Positions 36,101-44,541 of a DNA stretch of 59,471 nt are shown in pieces. The notes beneath the pieces are model-generated. The model did no database searches. It was not told the DNA's origin and was given only the letters and a program-made list of their open reading frames with translations. Numbering within the stretch: position 1 is the stretch's first letter; the number at the start of each line of letters is the position of its first letter. This stretch comes from an uncultured Heliomicrobium sp. (GTDB lineage Bacteria; Acidobacteriota; Blastocatellia; RBC074), in contig CAZXZU010000002.1 of the NCBI GenBank assembly GCA_964645355.1, positions 1-59,471 on the forward strand, written 5' to 3'. The translations under genes and the position numbers were made by a program.

Positions 36101-36261
36101 GGCCCGTGGCAATAGAAACAACGGTCGGAAAAAATCGGGCGAATGTCGCGGTTGAATTGCACGTCTTGCGCCGCTTTTACAACGGGGGTTGGCGCATTCC
36201 AGGTTAAGCAAATTGCTGAAACGACCAGCAACAGACTCACACAGAGTTTCAATGGTTTCAT
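33172..36261 (-). CDS. DUF1549/DUF1553 protein with an N-terminal haem c motif (PSCyt/PSD type)
   Basis: Signal peptide MKPLKLCVSLLLVV. DRCFYCHGPDEKNRKAGLRLD. The central and C-terminal regions are typical of DUF1549/DUF1553. The track ORF is extended to 36384. Confidence 0.85.
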   Translation of the reverse strand: MKPLKLCVSLLLVVSAICLTWNAPTPVVKAAQDVQFNRDIRPIFSDRCFYCHGPDEKNRKAGLRLDTFEGATKDRGGYRAITPGKPDESELLKRVTSHEAGVMMPPASAKKPAVTAAEAELLRRWIAQGAKYEGHWAFQPLAKLQPPVVKNAKWVRNGIDNFILARLESVGLLPSPQADARTLIRRVSLDLTGLLPSPAEVEAFVKAFEKTTPRQQDAAYSALVERLLASPHYGERWGRHWLDQARYADSNGYTIDGERVMWPYRDWVIQALNEDKPFDRFTIEQMAGDLLPNASDPLKAKSQLVATGFHRNTVINEEGGVDPEQARVEQVMDRVSTTGAVWLGLTIGCAQCHTHKFDPITHKEYYRMLAFFNSTLDVNNQGPVVPVQRGEMFGKPETNAEPAVARGRQMPIGELKQGDWERLEIARLERNPAVTATKKEVEWVSFDPVKFDTEAAGKLQRLADGSFLITSNASVNDAYRILVRIASPRVAAVRLRVLPHEGLPKNGPGLAADGSFALSEFYIDSEGGRHGFNDAFADNEQRAYPARSASDGDRRTGWSLSGNQSHEAVFVYTQPKTFASRQIQFVMRHEADAGRGIGHFKIEIATETPHDARGAALLAALKLPLNARSPEQQTMVNAAFASARAVREKQSGNAVMAMVMRDTNLPRESYIFTRGDFTRPDKAAGMLQPGVISAIAPQLPEKPPETGKPRTRLDLAEWLVNPANPLTPRVTMNRIWMRYFGRGIVETEEDFGTQGTPPTNPELLDWLSGEFIRQGWSLKAMHRLIVTSATYRQSSEFTPQSATPNPQSIDPRNLLLSRQERFRVEAEIVRDAALSASGLLNPKIGGPSVRPPQPDGVYAFTQNRKNWTTAAGNERFRRALYTHFYRSAPYPLFTTFDSPDFQQVCTRRFRSNTPLQSLTLANDPAFLEIAQGLAARLVREVPGEFAVVLDARLKHAFALCFSRPPSATELADLRNYVERQAQGFASQPATAAALVNKELTKAGLTEAQSAALTAAARVLFNTDNFITRE
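33840..33867. repeat. heptanucleotide tandem repeat ATTGCGG x4 (imperfect) inside the DUF1553 CDS
   Basis: attgcgg attgggg gttgcgg attgcgg. This is the reverse complement of the 5757-5784 unit. Encodes ...PQSATPNPQSI.... Confidence 0.85.
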
Positions 36262-36361
36262 AACAGGCTCGCGGTAATGGGTTTCAACGATGATTGTCAG
36301 GCGCGGAGTAAGAACAACAACTTCAATGCGAAGCCGGTGTAGTTCAACAGCGTTTAAGAAG

Positions 36362-37198
36362 TCAAGCAGTTGAAATCGCCGCATTGCGAAATGCGCGTGG
36401 TGTCATGCCAGTGGCTTCGCGGAAGACTTTGGTGAAATGGCTCTGGCTGGCGTAACCGACCGTCGCGCCGACTTCGACGATTGCCAGGTCGCTTTCGGCC
36501 AGCAATCGCCGGGCGCGTTCGATTCGCAAACCGCCGAGGTAAGCGTGCGGCGTCAAGCCGGTAATCTTTTTGAACAGCCGAGCAAAGTGAAACTCGCTCA
36601 GGTAAGCCGCCGCTGCAATTTCAGCCAAAGTGAGTTCGCGTCCGCAGTTGTCGTGCATGAATTCGACGGCTTTGCGCAGACGGCGATCAACCAGTCCAAC
36701 GCGCGACAATTCGATTTCGTCCGAACGTTGCACGTTGATGTGTTCTCGCAACAAATAAACCGCCAGTTGATTAACCAGCGAACGAATGACTTCTCGCCAG
36801 CCAGCCGCGCCGGTTCCCAGTTCAGCCGAAATTGATTCCAGCGTCTGGCGCAGTTTTACGTCTTCCGTCACCGGTTCCATCGGCGAACGAAACAGCAGAT
36901 GTGAACCGGCGCGATAAAGGCGCAATCGCGTAGCCGTTTCGATCAGCAACTCCGGTTTCAAGCGAACCAACAACAATTCGTTTTTTCGACGATCAAGGGT
37001 TAGCTGAGCAGCCAAATTTGGATTGGCAAAGAAGCTTGGGTTGGCCGGTGAACTTGCGCCGGATTTCAAATTTGAGATTTGAGATTTTGGAAAGTGCAGC
37101 AGCAAAAAGTCCGGTTGGGCGGGCAATTCAAAATTGCTGCGCGAAGTGGTGCGATGTTCGACGGAAAAGTTTGGTTCAACCAGAAGGCGCGAGTTCAT
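36362..37198 (-). CDS. AraC-family transcriptional regulator
   Basis: C-terminal double HTH LTLAEIAAAAYLSEFHFARLFKKITGLTPHAYL...VGYASQSHFTKVFREATGMTPRAFR. The track N-terminus (to 37246) runs into a palindromic repeat. Confidence 0.85.
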   Translation of the reverse strand: MNSRLLVEPNFSVEHRTTSRSNFELPAQPDFLLLHFPKSQISNLKSGASSPANPSFFANPNLAAQLTLDRRKNELLLVRLKPELLIETATRLRLYRAGSHLLFRSPMEPVTEDVKLRQTLESISAELGTGAAGWREVIRSLVNQLAVYLLREHINVQRSDEIELSRVGLVDRRLRKAVEFMHDNCGRELTLAEIAAAAYLSEFHFARLFKKITGLTPHAYLGGLRIERARRLLAESDLAIVEVGATVGYASQSHFTKVFREATGMTPRAFRNAAISTA

Positions 37199-37202
37199 AA
37201 CA

Positions 37203-37270
37203 GTGCCGGGAGCGGTAGCGACCTGGTCAGTGGGCGAATTATTCAACCCGGTCGCTACCGCTCCCGGTAC
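37203..37270. repeat. GGTAGCGACC-type palindromic element, copy a
   Basis: gtgCCGGGAGCGGTAGCGACC, 26-nt spacer, GGTCGCTACCGCTCCCGGtac. Confidence 0.9.
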
Positions 37271-37278
37271 TGCGCCAG

Positions 37279-38877
37279 TTATGTAGTCGGGTAATAAACG
37301 CGGTAATCAATCTCCTGAAAGATTGTGTCGCGGGTTTCGACTTCGGCCAGCCAGGGTTCATTGATCTGATTCGAGTTCACCATTTCGTAAATCTTCGTGA
37401 AGCGGTGAATGTGATCGTTGAACCGTTTGATGGCGTACTGAACCATCGTGCCGGTGGTGATGATAAAAGCCCAGTCCGAAGATTGCGCCAGCAACAATTC
37501 GCGCGCAGCCTGGTTCAACGCTCGGCGCAAAAGGCCGTCGGCAGCCGGAAACTTTTCAGCCAGTTCAACCATTCGCCGTTCGGCGGCGTGCTGATGTTTG
37601 TAAATCCAATCCGTTTGCGAATTGATCCAGACTCGGTTGTAACCTTCCGCTCCCCACGAAGAAGCCGACGGAGTTTGAGGTTGATTGTTTGGATAAATCG
37701 CCAGGTAATCAATCGGCGAAATCGGTTGAATCTCGTCCTGATCGTAATGCAGTTTTTTGAAGAGATAGAACAAAAACTGCGGCCCTTCAAACCACCAATG
37801 CCCGAACAACTCAGCATCGTAAGGCGCCAGAATCAGCGGCGCTCGGCCAAGCGAGCCTTCCAAATGGCGGGCTTGCGCCTGACGGTTACGCAGAAAGTCT
37901 CCGGCGTGCGAAGCGGCTTTGTTCGTCGCCCATTCCGGCACGTAAGGCGATTTCAGGTGCAGATCAACTTTGCCCGTGATGCGGTGATATTTGATGCCGG
38001 TGTTGCGGCGAACTCCGTCGTCGTGCAGGTAAGGTTTGATGTAATCGAAATCCTGTGCGTCGTAACCCAGGTCGCGGTAAAACTCTCTGTAATCGGGATC
38101 GCCGGGGTAGCCAATTTCAGAACTCCAAACCTGTTCGCTGGTTTCCGAATCGCGGGCAAAGACGGCTACGTTTTCCGGCGTGATGACCGGAGCGTAAATG
38201 CCCCGGCGCGGGCGCGGCGAGCCGTACAAAATGGCGTGAGCGTCGGCGATGAAAAACTTGATTCCGGCTTCCTGCAGGTAACGGTCGTCGCCGGGATTGA
38301 AGGCGCATTCAGCCAGCCAGATTCCGCGCGGAGGCCGTCCGAAGTGTTTGATGTAGTTTTCGCGGGCGATTTGAATCTGAGCGCGCTTGGCTGTTTCGTT
38401 CGACATCAACGTCAAATAACCGTGCGTCGCGCAGCAGGTGATGATTTCCAGATAACCCGCGTCCTGCAATTCACGGAAGCCGCGTACGATGTTGCGCTGG
38501 TAACGATTCTCGAAAACTTCTCGGCATTCATTGAAGTGGCCGCGATACATCAACGCGGCTGAATGGAATTCCGGCGCTTCACGCCGCGTCCGCTCAACTT
38601 CCTTTTCCGACAGTTCGCAGAGCTTGTTCAGATGATTGACATAACGCTGCTGCAACAGCGGATCGGTCAGCATCTCGCACAGCGGCGGCGTCATGCTCAT
38701 CGTCAGCCGGAACTTGACGCCTTCATCGCGCAGATGATTGAAGGCCATCAGAAGCGGAATGTACGTTTCGCTGATGGCTTCATACAGCCAATCTTCTTCC
38801 AGAAAGTCGGGGTATTCGGGGTGACGCACAAACGGCAGGTGCGCGTGTAAAACCAAGCTCAGGTATCCGTTGGGCAT
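37279..38877 (-). CDS. GH57-family alpha-glucan branching enzyme-like protein
   Basis: N-terminus GYLSLVLHAHLPFVRHPEY...EDWLYEAISETYIPLL is characteristic of GH57 (DUF1957-containing) enzymes. Confidence 0.85.
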   Translation of the reverse strand: MPNGYLSLVLHAHLPFVRHPEYPDFLEEDWLYEAISETYIPLLMAFNHLRDEGVKFRLTMSMTPPLCEMLTDPLLQQRYVNHLNKLCELSEKEVERTRREAPEFHSAALMYRGHFNECREVFENRYQRNIVRGFRELQDAGYLEIITCCATHGYLTLMSNETAKRAQIQIARENYIKHFGRPPRGIWLAECAFNPGDDRYLQEAGIKFFIADAHAILYGSPRPRRGIYAPVITPENVAVFARDSETSEQVWSSEIGYPGDPDYREFYRDLGYDAQDFDYIKPYLHDDGVRRNTGIKYHRITGKVDLHLKSPYVPEWATNKAASHAGDFLRNRQAQARHLEGSLGRAPLILAPYDAELFGHWWFEGPQFLFYLFKKLHYDQDEIQPISPIDYLAIYPNNQPQTPSASSWGAEGYNRVWINSQTDWIYKHQHAAERRMVELAEKFPAADGLLRRALNQAARELLLAQSSDWAFIITTGTMVQYAIKRFNDHIHRFTKIYEMVNSNQINEPWLAEVETRDTIFQEIDYRVYYPTT

Positions 38878-38892
38878 AAGAAACCAAAAAAA

Positions 38893-39318
38893 TTATGAAG
38901 GTCTGTTCTTTCGTTCTTCTTCACGTTCGGCGGCTTTGGCGCGAAGCGGGCGGCCTTTATCCGGCGTTGGGTCTTTGACCACGCCGTAAGCCGCAAGAGC
39001 TTCGTGGTCTTCGGGCAGATATTCAGTGATCGGCAAACCTTCGGGAGTGACGAACAACAGGCAGTGGCAATACTTATAAACCTGCATGTCGTCGCAAGCG
39101 CAAATCCATGTGCGATGAGTGACCTCTTCCTCTTTGTTCGTATAAAAGCGGCACGGGCAAAGCGGTTTGCCCAGCGTGTCTTTGTTGTAAGCCAGGCCGA
39201 GCACGACGGCTTCGGTGACTTCCTTGTCCGGGTGAACGCTGGTGCCGGATTTCTCGCAATACTTTTCAACGAAGTTGTTGATGCGCTTCAGGCTTTCTTC
39301 GCTGACTGTTTTACTCAT
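38893..39318 (-). CDS. ferredoxin:thioredoxin reductase catalytic-subunit-like protein
   Basis: CPCR...CAC...CHCLLF triad of CxC motifs. ATG 39318. The track ORF is extended through a palindromic repeat. Confidence 0.7.
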   Translation of the reverse strand: MSKTVSEESLKRINNFVEKYCEKSGTSVHPDKEVTEAVVLGLAYNKDTLGKPLCPCRFYTNKEEEVTHRTWICACDDMQVYKYCHCLLFVTPEGLPITEYLPEDHEALAAYGVVKDPTPDKGRPLRAKAAEREEERKNRPS

Positions 39319-39348
39319 GTTGATGACCTTTCCTGGGCGGAATTCGAT

Positions 39349-39431
39349 GCGGTACGGGGAGCGGTAGCGACCTGGTTGCTCGTGAAGTGCGTATGTCAAA
39401 GCGACCAGGTCGCTACCGCTCTTTGTACCGC
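39349..39431. repeat. GGTAGCGACC-type palindromic element, copy b
   Basis: gcGGTACGGGGAGCGGTAGCGACCTGGT, 27-nt spacer, ACCAGGTCGCTACCGCTCtttGTACCgc. Confidence 0.9.
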
Positions 39432-39470
39432 ATCATCGCGCGACACTGTACCAAGCCAGCGTGCTTTGGG

Positions 39471-42215
39471 CTAGCGTCCGCCGCCTCGCCGAGCAGCGCC
39501 TTTGTCGCCAACCTGCTCGCGCTCCTTGTTCAACTCAACCATATCAACGCTGCCGCTGACATCGCCCAACAGATGTTTGCAGAAATAATCAGCCCGCACC
39601 CAGAAAAAGTAATTGGTCGCGTCGGCGTAACCGTGACGTTTGCCGGGGATGACCAGCATGTCGAATCGCTTGTTCGCTTTGATCAGCGCGTCCGCCATTC
39701 TGAACGTGTTGGCCGGATGCACGTTGTCGTCAATGTCGCCCGTAGCCAGCATCAAATGGCCTTTCAGGTTTTTGGCCAACTCGGAGTTCTTTTCGATGGT
39801 GTATTCAAACTTCATGTTTCCGTCTTTGTCGGTGACTTCTTTGACGCCGTGATGTTTTTCGCTCCACCAGCGATTGTAAATGTTGTTTTCGTGATTGCCC
39901 GAAGACGACACCGCTACTTTGAAAAAGTCAGGGTAAACCAGCATCGCCGCCGTTGACATAAAACCTCCGCCAGAATGGCCGAAGATGCCTACGCGATCAA
40001 TGTCAATGAAGGCGTGGCGGCGCGACAGTTGTTCAATCGCCGCTTTCTTGTCCGCCAGTCCGTAATCGCGCAAGTTGCCGTAACCGTAATTGTGATACCA
40101 CTTCGAGCGCGACGGATGGCCTCCGCGGTTGCCGACTTCGATGACGATGAATCCGAATTGCGCCAGAGCTATGCGGTCGTTGCGCGGCGTGAAAGTCTTG
40201 GTCACGCTTTCGGTCTGCGGGCCGGGATACACATACGCGATGATCGGGTACTGTTTCTTTTCGTCGAAATCGAATGGTTTGTACATCACACCGTAAAGGT
40301 CTGTCACGCCGTCGTCAGCTTTGACTTTGAAAGGTTCGGGGAATTTGAAACCCGCTTCATTCATTGCCGTCAGGTCTGTCTTTTCCAGTTCCATGACCTT
40401 GTTGCCCAGGTTGTCGCAAAGAACGGATTCGGGAATGGAGTTGATGCGCGACGAATTGCTGACGAAGTATTTGCCCGAATCCGAAGTCGCCGCCGCGTGC
40501 GAAGCGTCGCCTGGATTCAGCAGCTTGACGCCTGCGCCGCTGAAATTGACGCTGTAAGTGTGCAGGTAATAAGGGTCTTCGGCGGCTTCGCGGCCATTGG
40601 CGTTGAACACCAAAGTCCGAGTCTTTTCGTCAATGCCTTCTATGCTGTCGCAGTAAAACTCGCCCGAAGTGATTTGGTTCTTCAACGCGCCGTCGGCTCC
40701 GAACAGATAATAATGCCCCCAGCCGTCGCGCTCCGACCAGTGAATCAATTCCTGCCCGTTGCCAATCAACACCAGCGGTTTGACCTCGACGTAAGTGTTC
40801 AACCGCTCTTCGATCAAGGTTTTGACTTCGCCGGTTGTGGTGTCGGCAACGCACACGTCAATTTTTTTCAGGTCGCGGCTGGTGCGATTGAAATAAAGCT
40901 TGTCCGAACCGTCGGCCAGCCATTTCGGCTCGACGCCTGCTCCCGGCGGCGGGCCGCCTTGTTGTTGCTGTTGTTGGTCTTGCTCGCCACTGCGGTCAAC
41001 TTGAATGAAGCGCGCGCGTTCGCGTTCAGCGTTGGTCGGCACGGCTGTGTATTGAGCGACTTGCTGATCGGGAAAGCGGTCTTCTTTGATTTTGACGCGC
41101 GCTTTCGAGGCAATGTCGAATACTTCCAAATCGGCTTGCGGCTGATTGGCTTCGCCGGGCATTCCGTACCGGTAACTTTCCAGCACAGGGCGAGGATTCG
41201 ACAGAGAGTTAATCACCCACAAATCTGAAACTTTGCGCTGATCGTTTCGCAGCACGGAAAACTTCCTGGAATCCTTTGACCAGAAAACGGTGATTGCCGG
41301 AGTGCGCGGCGTTTTGTTTTTGTCGCTGAATTTGTAAGCCGCTTTTTCTTCTTCGCGCAGCCGCCGGGCATAACCGAAATTCTCTTCGCCGTCGGTCGTG
41401 ATCTGAGTTTCAACGATTGTCGTGTCGTCTTCTTTCTTCAACGCCTTGGCATAATTTTCAGCGTCCATCATGAAAAGGTTTTGGCCGCGAGCGAAGACAA
41501 TCGTCTTTTCGTCCGGTGACACAGCAGCCCAGCGAGTTTTGCGCGGCGGCGTGTAATCCGGCAGCAAAGTCAGCTTCGCCGTCGCCAAATCCCATTCAAA
41601 ATAAATCGTGCGGTTTGGCGAAGCCGGTGGCGTGGCTGCACCTTGAGCGGCGCCCCGTTGCTGTTGCTGCGGATCGTCGTCATCTTCACCTTCAGGGTTT
41701 CCCTGACCGCTGCCTGCGACGGCTTGTTCTTCTTTTTTCAGCCCCGGAATGTCGGCTTCGCGCGGCACGGTGATGTCGAACTGAAACGCCGAATCTTTTT
41801 TGACCATCCGCACCGTCGTGACCGGCAGGTGCTGGGCGTCGTAAGGAAGTCGCGTGATCGTCGTCAATTGCGCGGCCATCTTGGCGCTGTCGAACAACGG
41901 CGCTTTGGATTTTTTCAGTGGATCAACCAGATGAAACTTCCTGCCTTGTCCGGTTTCGTAGCTGTACCAGAACTTGTCGCCGGCTTCGAACCAGTGCGGA
42001 GTGACCGCTGTGTCGAAAACCATCTTGCCGACTTTCTGCGCCGTCCAGCGCGAAGCCAGATCGTAATTGGCTTTGCGGACGCGATTGTCCGCGTCGGCTT
42101 TTTTGTCTTGAGCGAAAGTGGCAACCGGTGAAAGCGCCAGTCCCAAACACAGAACAAGAGCTACGAACTGCCGTAACCTCAGAGCGGGGAGAAGATGAAG
42201 TTGCATAAGTCGCAT
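39471..42215 (-). CDS. S9B dipeptidyl-peptidase IV-family serine peptidase
   Basis: N-terminal propeller region plus a C-terminal alpha/beta hydrolase with GHSGGGFMS. AGGAGG RBS upstream of ATG 42215. Signal-like LALVLCLGLALSPVATFAQ. Confidence 0.85.
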   Translation of the reverse strand: MRLMQLHLLPALRLRQFVALVLCLGLALSPVATFAQDKKADADNRVRKANYDLASRWTAQKVGKMVFDTAVTPHWFEAGDKFWYSYETGQGRKFHLVDPLKKSKAPLFDSAKMAAQLTTITRLPYDAQHLPVTTVRMVKKDSAFQFDITVPREADIPGLKKEEQAVAGSGQGNPEGEDDDDPQQQQRGAAQGAATPPASPNRTIYFEWDLATAKLTLLPDYTPPRKTRWAAVSPDEKTIVFARGQNLFMMDAENYAKALKKEDDTTIVETQITTDGEENFGYARRLREEEKAAYKFSDKNKTPRTPAITVFWSKDSRKFSVLRNDQRKVSDLWVINSLSNPRPVLESYRYGMPGEANQPQADLEVFDIASKARVKIKEDRFPDQQVAQYTAVPTNAERERARFIQVDRSGEQDQQQQQQGGPPPGAGVEPKWLADGSDKLYFNRTSRDLKKIDVCVADTTTGEVKTLIEERLNTYVEVKPLVLIGNGQELIHWSERDGWGHYYLFGADGALKNQITSGEFYCDSIEGIDEKTRTLVFNANGREAAEDPYYLHTYSVNFSGAGVKLLNPGDASHAAATSDSGKYFVSNSSRINSIPESVLCDNLGNKVMELEKTDLTAMNEAGFKFPEPFKVKADDGVTDLYGVMYKPFDFDEKKQYPIIAYVYPGPQTESVTKTFTPRNDRIALAQFGFIVIEVGNRGGHPSRSKWYHNYGYGNLRDYGLADKKAAIEQLSRRHAFIDIDRVGIFGHSGGGFMSTAAMLVYPDFFKVAVSSSGNHENNIYNRWWSEKHHGVKEVTDKDGNMKFEYTIEKNSELAKNLKGHLMLATGDIDDNVHPANTFRMADALIKANKRFDMLVIPGKRHGYADATNYFFWVRADYFCKHLLGDVSGSVDMVELNKEREQVGDKGAARRGGGR

Positions 42216-42426
42216 GAGTTGATTCCTCCTGAAGGCGATTGAATTTGCTATTGGGTTGAACCGCAAGAATTGTCGAAGCGTCATCCGTAATAACGCTGGC
42301 ACAGCACGGCTGGTTACGATAACTGCGTTTGATGGCGACTTGCTGATTGTCTTGGGTTTGAGGTTGAGCTTCACGCGAAGCCGCAAAGAACGCGAAGAAG
42401 GAAGAATCGTAACTGCTCAACCTCTT

Positions 42427-42601
42427 CACCGCGTTAGCGGTGGTTGAATTTAGCCGTGGATGAAACCCACGGGGAGCAAGCCCAATTTACCCACGTCGCG
42501 TCAGCGACGATTGAGTTCAGGCGTCGCTGACGCGACGCGGAGGCTCTTCTTGCTTACCCGGCGTTGAAACGCCGGGCTAATTTCAACCGTCGCTCCGCGA
42601 C
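42427..42601. repeat. cluster of TTGAAT-tailed REP hairpins (five or more units)
   Basis: CACCGCgttaGCGGTG-GTTGAATTT-AGCCGTGGATGAAACCCACGG; CGTCGCgtcaGCGACG-ATTGAGTT; GCGTCGCtgacGCGACGC; CCCGGCGttgaaaCGCCGGG; AATTTCAAC-CGTCGCtccGCGACG. Confidence 0.85.
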
Positions 42602-42703
42602 GAAGAACAGGCCGAGCAGTTACGAAGAATCAAGATTGGGACTGAAGTGCTTTCCGACTTCTTTCCTGCTTTGCGTCTTTGCGGCTTTGCGTGAGCCTGT
42701 TTC

Positions 42704-44110
42704 TTATTTGGCTGCTGGCGATTTCAGATACCGGCTGGCAAACGTCAAAAACGTAGGCCAGTTTGGTCCCGGCGTGTGGCCTCCGCTGTGCTGACGAAAC
42801 GTGATGTCGCCATCCATCAAGCCGGTTTCCATCGGTGGGAACTCCGTCGTTCCCATGTCTTTTTTGCCGAGCAGTTTGTAAACCGGCCCGGCATAAGCTC
42901 CGGCCAGAAACATGCCTTTGGCGTCTACCCAGCCGTCGCCTTTTTCGACTGACCCCGCGCTTATAAACACAGGGCGCGGAGCACACAGCGCAACCAATTC
43001 GTGAGCGTCCACAGGCAGATCGTTGGCCGTCAACGGCCCGGCGTATTTCATGTAATTACCCGCCATCCAGTGGTATTCGCTGGGCGCGGCTACGTTTTCG
43101 ACCATCTCGCCGTAATTGTTGCGGCGATGAATTTTGGCTCCGCCCGCGCCCGATGAACTGACAAAGGCGATCGCCAAACGCGGTTCGTAAGCCATCGTCA
43201 CCAGCGTCGCTTTGCCATAACGCGAATGGCCTTCGATGGCGACCATTTTGGCGTTGACGGCTTTGTCCGTTTCAAAGTAATCCAGCGCGCGGCTTGCGCC
43301 CCAACCCCAGGCGCGCAACGCTCCCCAGTCGTCGGCTTTGCGCGGCTGCCCTTTGTTGACCAAACCGATGATGCCCGCCGTCAATCCCGCGCCGTTGTCG
43401 GCCTGAATGCTGGCGGGAACCAGAATCGCGTAACCCCAGCCTTTTTCCAGCACTTGTTGTTGCCACGGCTTGGGAGCGTTCGCTGGTGGATTCGCCGCCA
43501 CAGGCGGAGCGCCGGGACGCACGCCTATAAAGCCGAATTCCATGACAACCGGCACAGCCTCTTTCGCGTTGGCAGGCGTGGTCAGCGCAAGCTGAATGTT
43601 GACGGTGACGGCGGGATAAGACGAATTGTCTACGTGACCGATGAGCTGTTTCGTGATGACCGGCACGCCGTACTTTTCTTCGTTGGTCGTGCTGGTAACT
43701 TCCCAATTCACTTTGGGCGTAACTTTCGGCATGCGGCCATACATTTCACGGTCAAAGTCTTCGACGATTTCGGCTCGACGCTGATTCCACCAGACTTTGG
43801 CCGAAGTAACTTTCTTGCCGTTCTTCAGGACAAGCGGATCAGGCAGTGGCGAATACGGCTTCACTTTAGATTCATCGTAGTTGGCGAAATTCGGAGCATC
43901 CTTGTTGCTGCCATTCGCGCCGGGACGCAATTCCTTGATCTTCAGCAATTCCAGCATGCGTTGGTGATCGGCTCTGGTGGCGGCTTGTTGAGCTTGTTGC
44001 TGCGCCTGCTGTTCGGGCGTTAGTTGGCGTTGCTGCTGGGCAAACAGCGCGGTTCCGGCAAGCGCGAAGAGTAATAAGCCAGCGATTGCCAGCGTGAGAG
44101 ATCGTTTCAT
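42704..44110 (-). CDS. CE15-like glucuronoyl esterase, paralogue 1
   Basis: Signal peptide. Nucleophile motif IEGHSRYGKATL. Shares blocks with 44542-45831 (GALRAWGWGASRALDYFETDK..., RRNNYGE). Confidence 0.65.
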   Translation of the reverse strand: MKRSLTLAIAGLLLFALAGTALFAQQQRQLTPEQQAQQQAQQAATRADHQRMLELLKIKELRPGANGSNKDAPNFANYDESKVKPYSPLPDPLVLKNGKKVTSAKVWWNQRRAEIVEDFDREMYGRMPKVTPKVNWEVTSTTNEEKYGVPVITKQLIGHVDNSSYPAVTVNIQLALTTPANAKEAVPVVMEFGFIGVRPGAPPVAANPPANAPKPWQQQVLEKGWGYAILVPASIQADNGAGLTAGIIGLVNKGQPRKADDWGALRAWGWGASRALDYFETDKAVNAKMVAIEGHSRYGKATLVTMAYEPRLAIAFVSSSGAGGAKIHRRNNYGEMVENVAAPSEYHWMAGNYMKYAGPLTANDLPVDAHELVALCAPRPVFISAGSVEKGDGWVDAKGMFLAGAYAGPVYKLLGKKDMGTTEFPPMETGLMDGDITFRQHSGGHTPGPNWPTFLTFASRYLKSPAAK

Positions 44111-44259
44111 AAAGTGACTCCTTTGATTTGCTGATGGTCGGTTGTTGTGCGGATGAGCTAAAAGAAACTGTTACTTGAAAGGGGAAATTGCCGAAGGCAG
44201 ACCGACGCGCATAAAGAAACGGGCGAACGCTTGAGAAAAATGCTCAAGATAAGGTGACT

Positions 44260-44535
44260 TCAGCCCCCATCGCTGAAGTCAAAACGAGCAGGCTCGCCTT
44301 CCCCAGCCTCTACAAAACGCATTGGCACGGCGAAGGAATCTTCCGGCGGCATGTACTTCAGACTGGAAACATCCAAACCTTCAACACTCCCTTCGTCTGA
44401 CTCAACAGACAGAGGTTTCAGCAGTGATTCCAGCGTTTCCCCCAGCAAGTCAGCCTTCTGCTGCAAGGGTCGCAAAATGATCGCGGTATTAGGGTCAACC
44501 TGAATCGTAGTCGTTTGTAGGCTCATAAAATTCAT
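44260..44535 (-). CDS. hypothetical acidic 91-aa protein
   Basis: ORF only. Lies between the two CE15 paralogues. No family recognised. Confidence 0.35.
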   Translation of the reverse strand: MNFMSLQTTTIQVDPNTAIILRPLQQKADLLGETLESLLKPLSVESDEGSVEGLDVSSLKYMPPEDSFAVPMRFVEAGEGEPARFDFSDGG

Positions 44536-44541
44536 CCCCCT

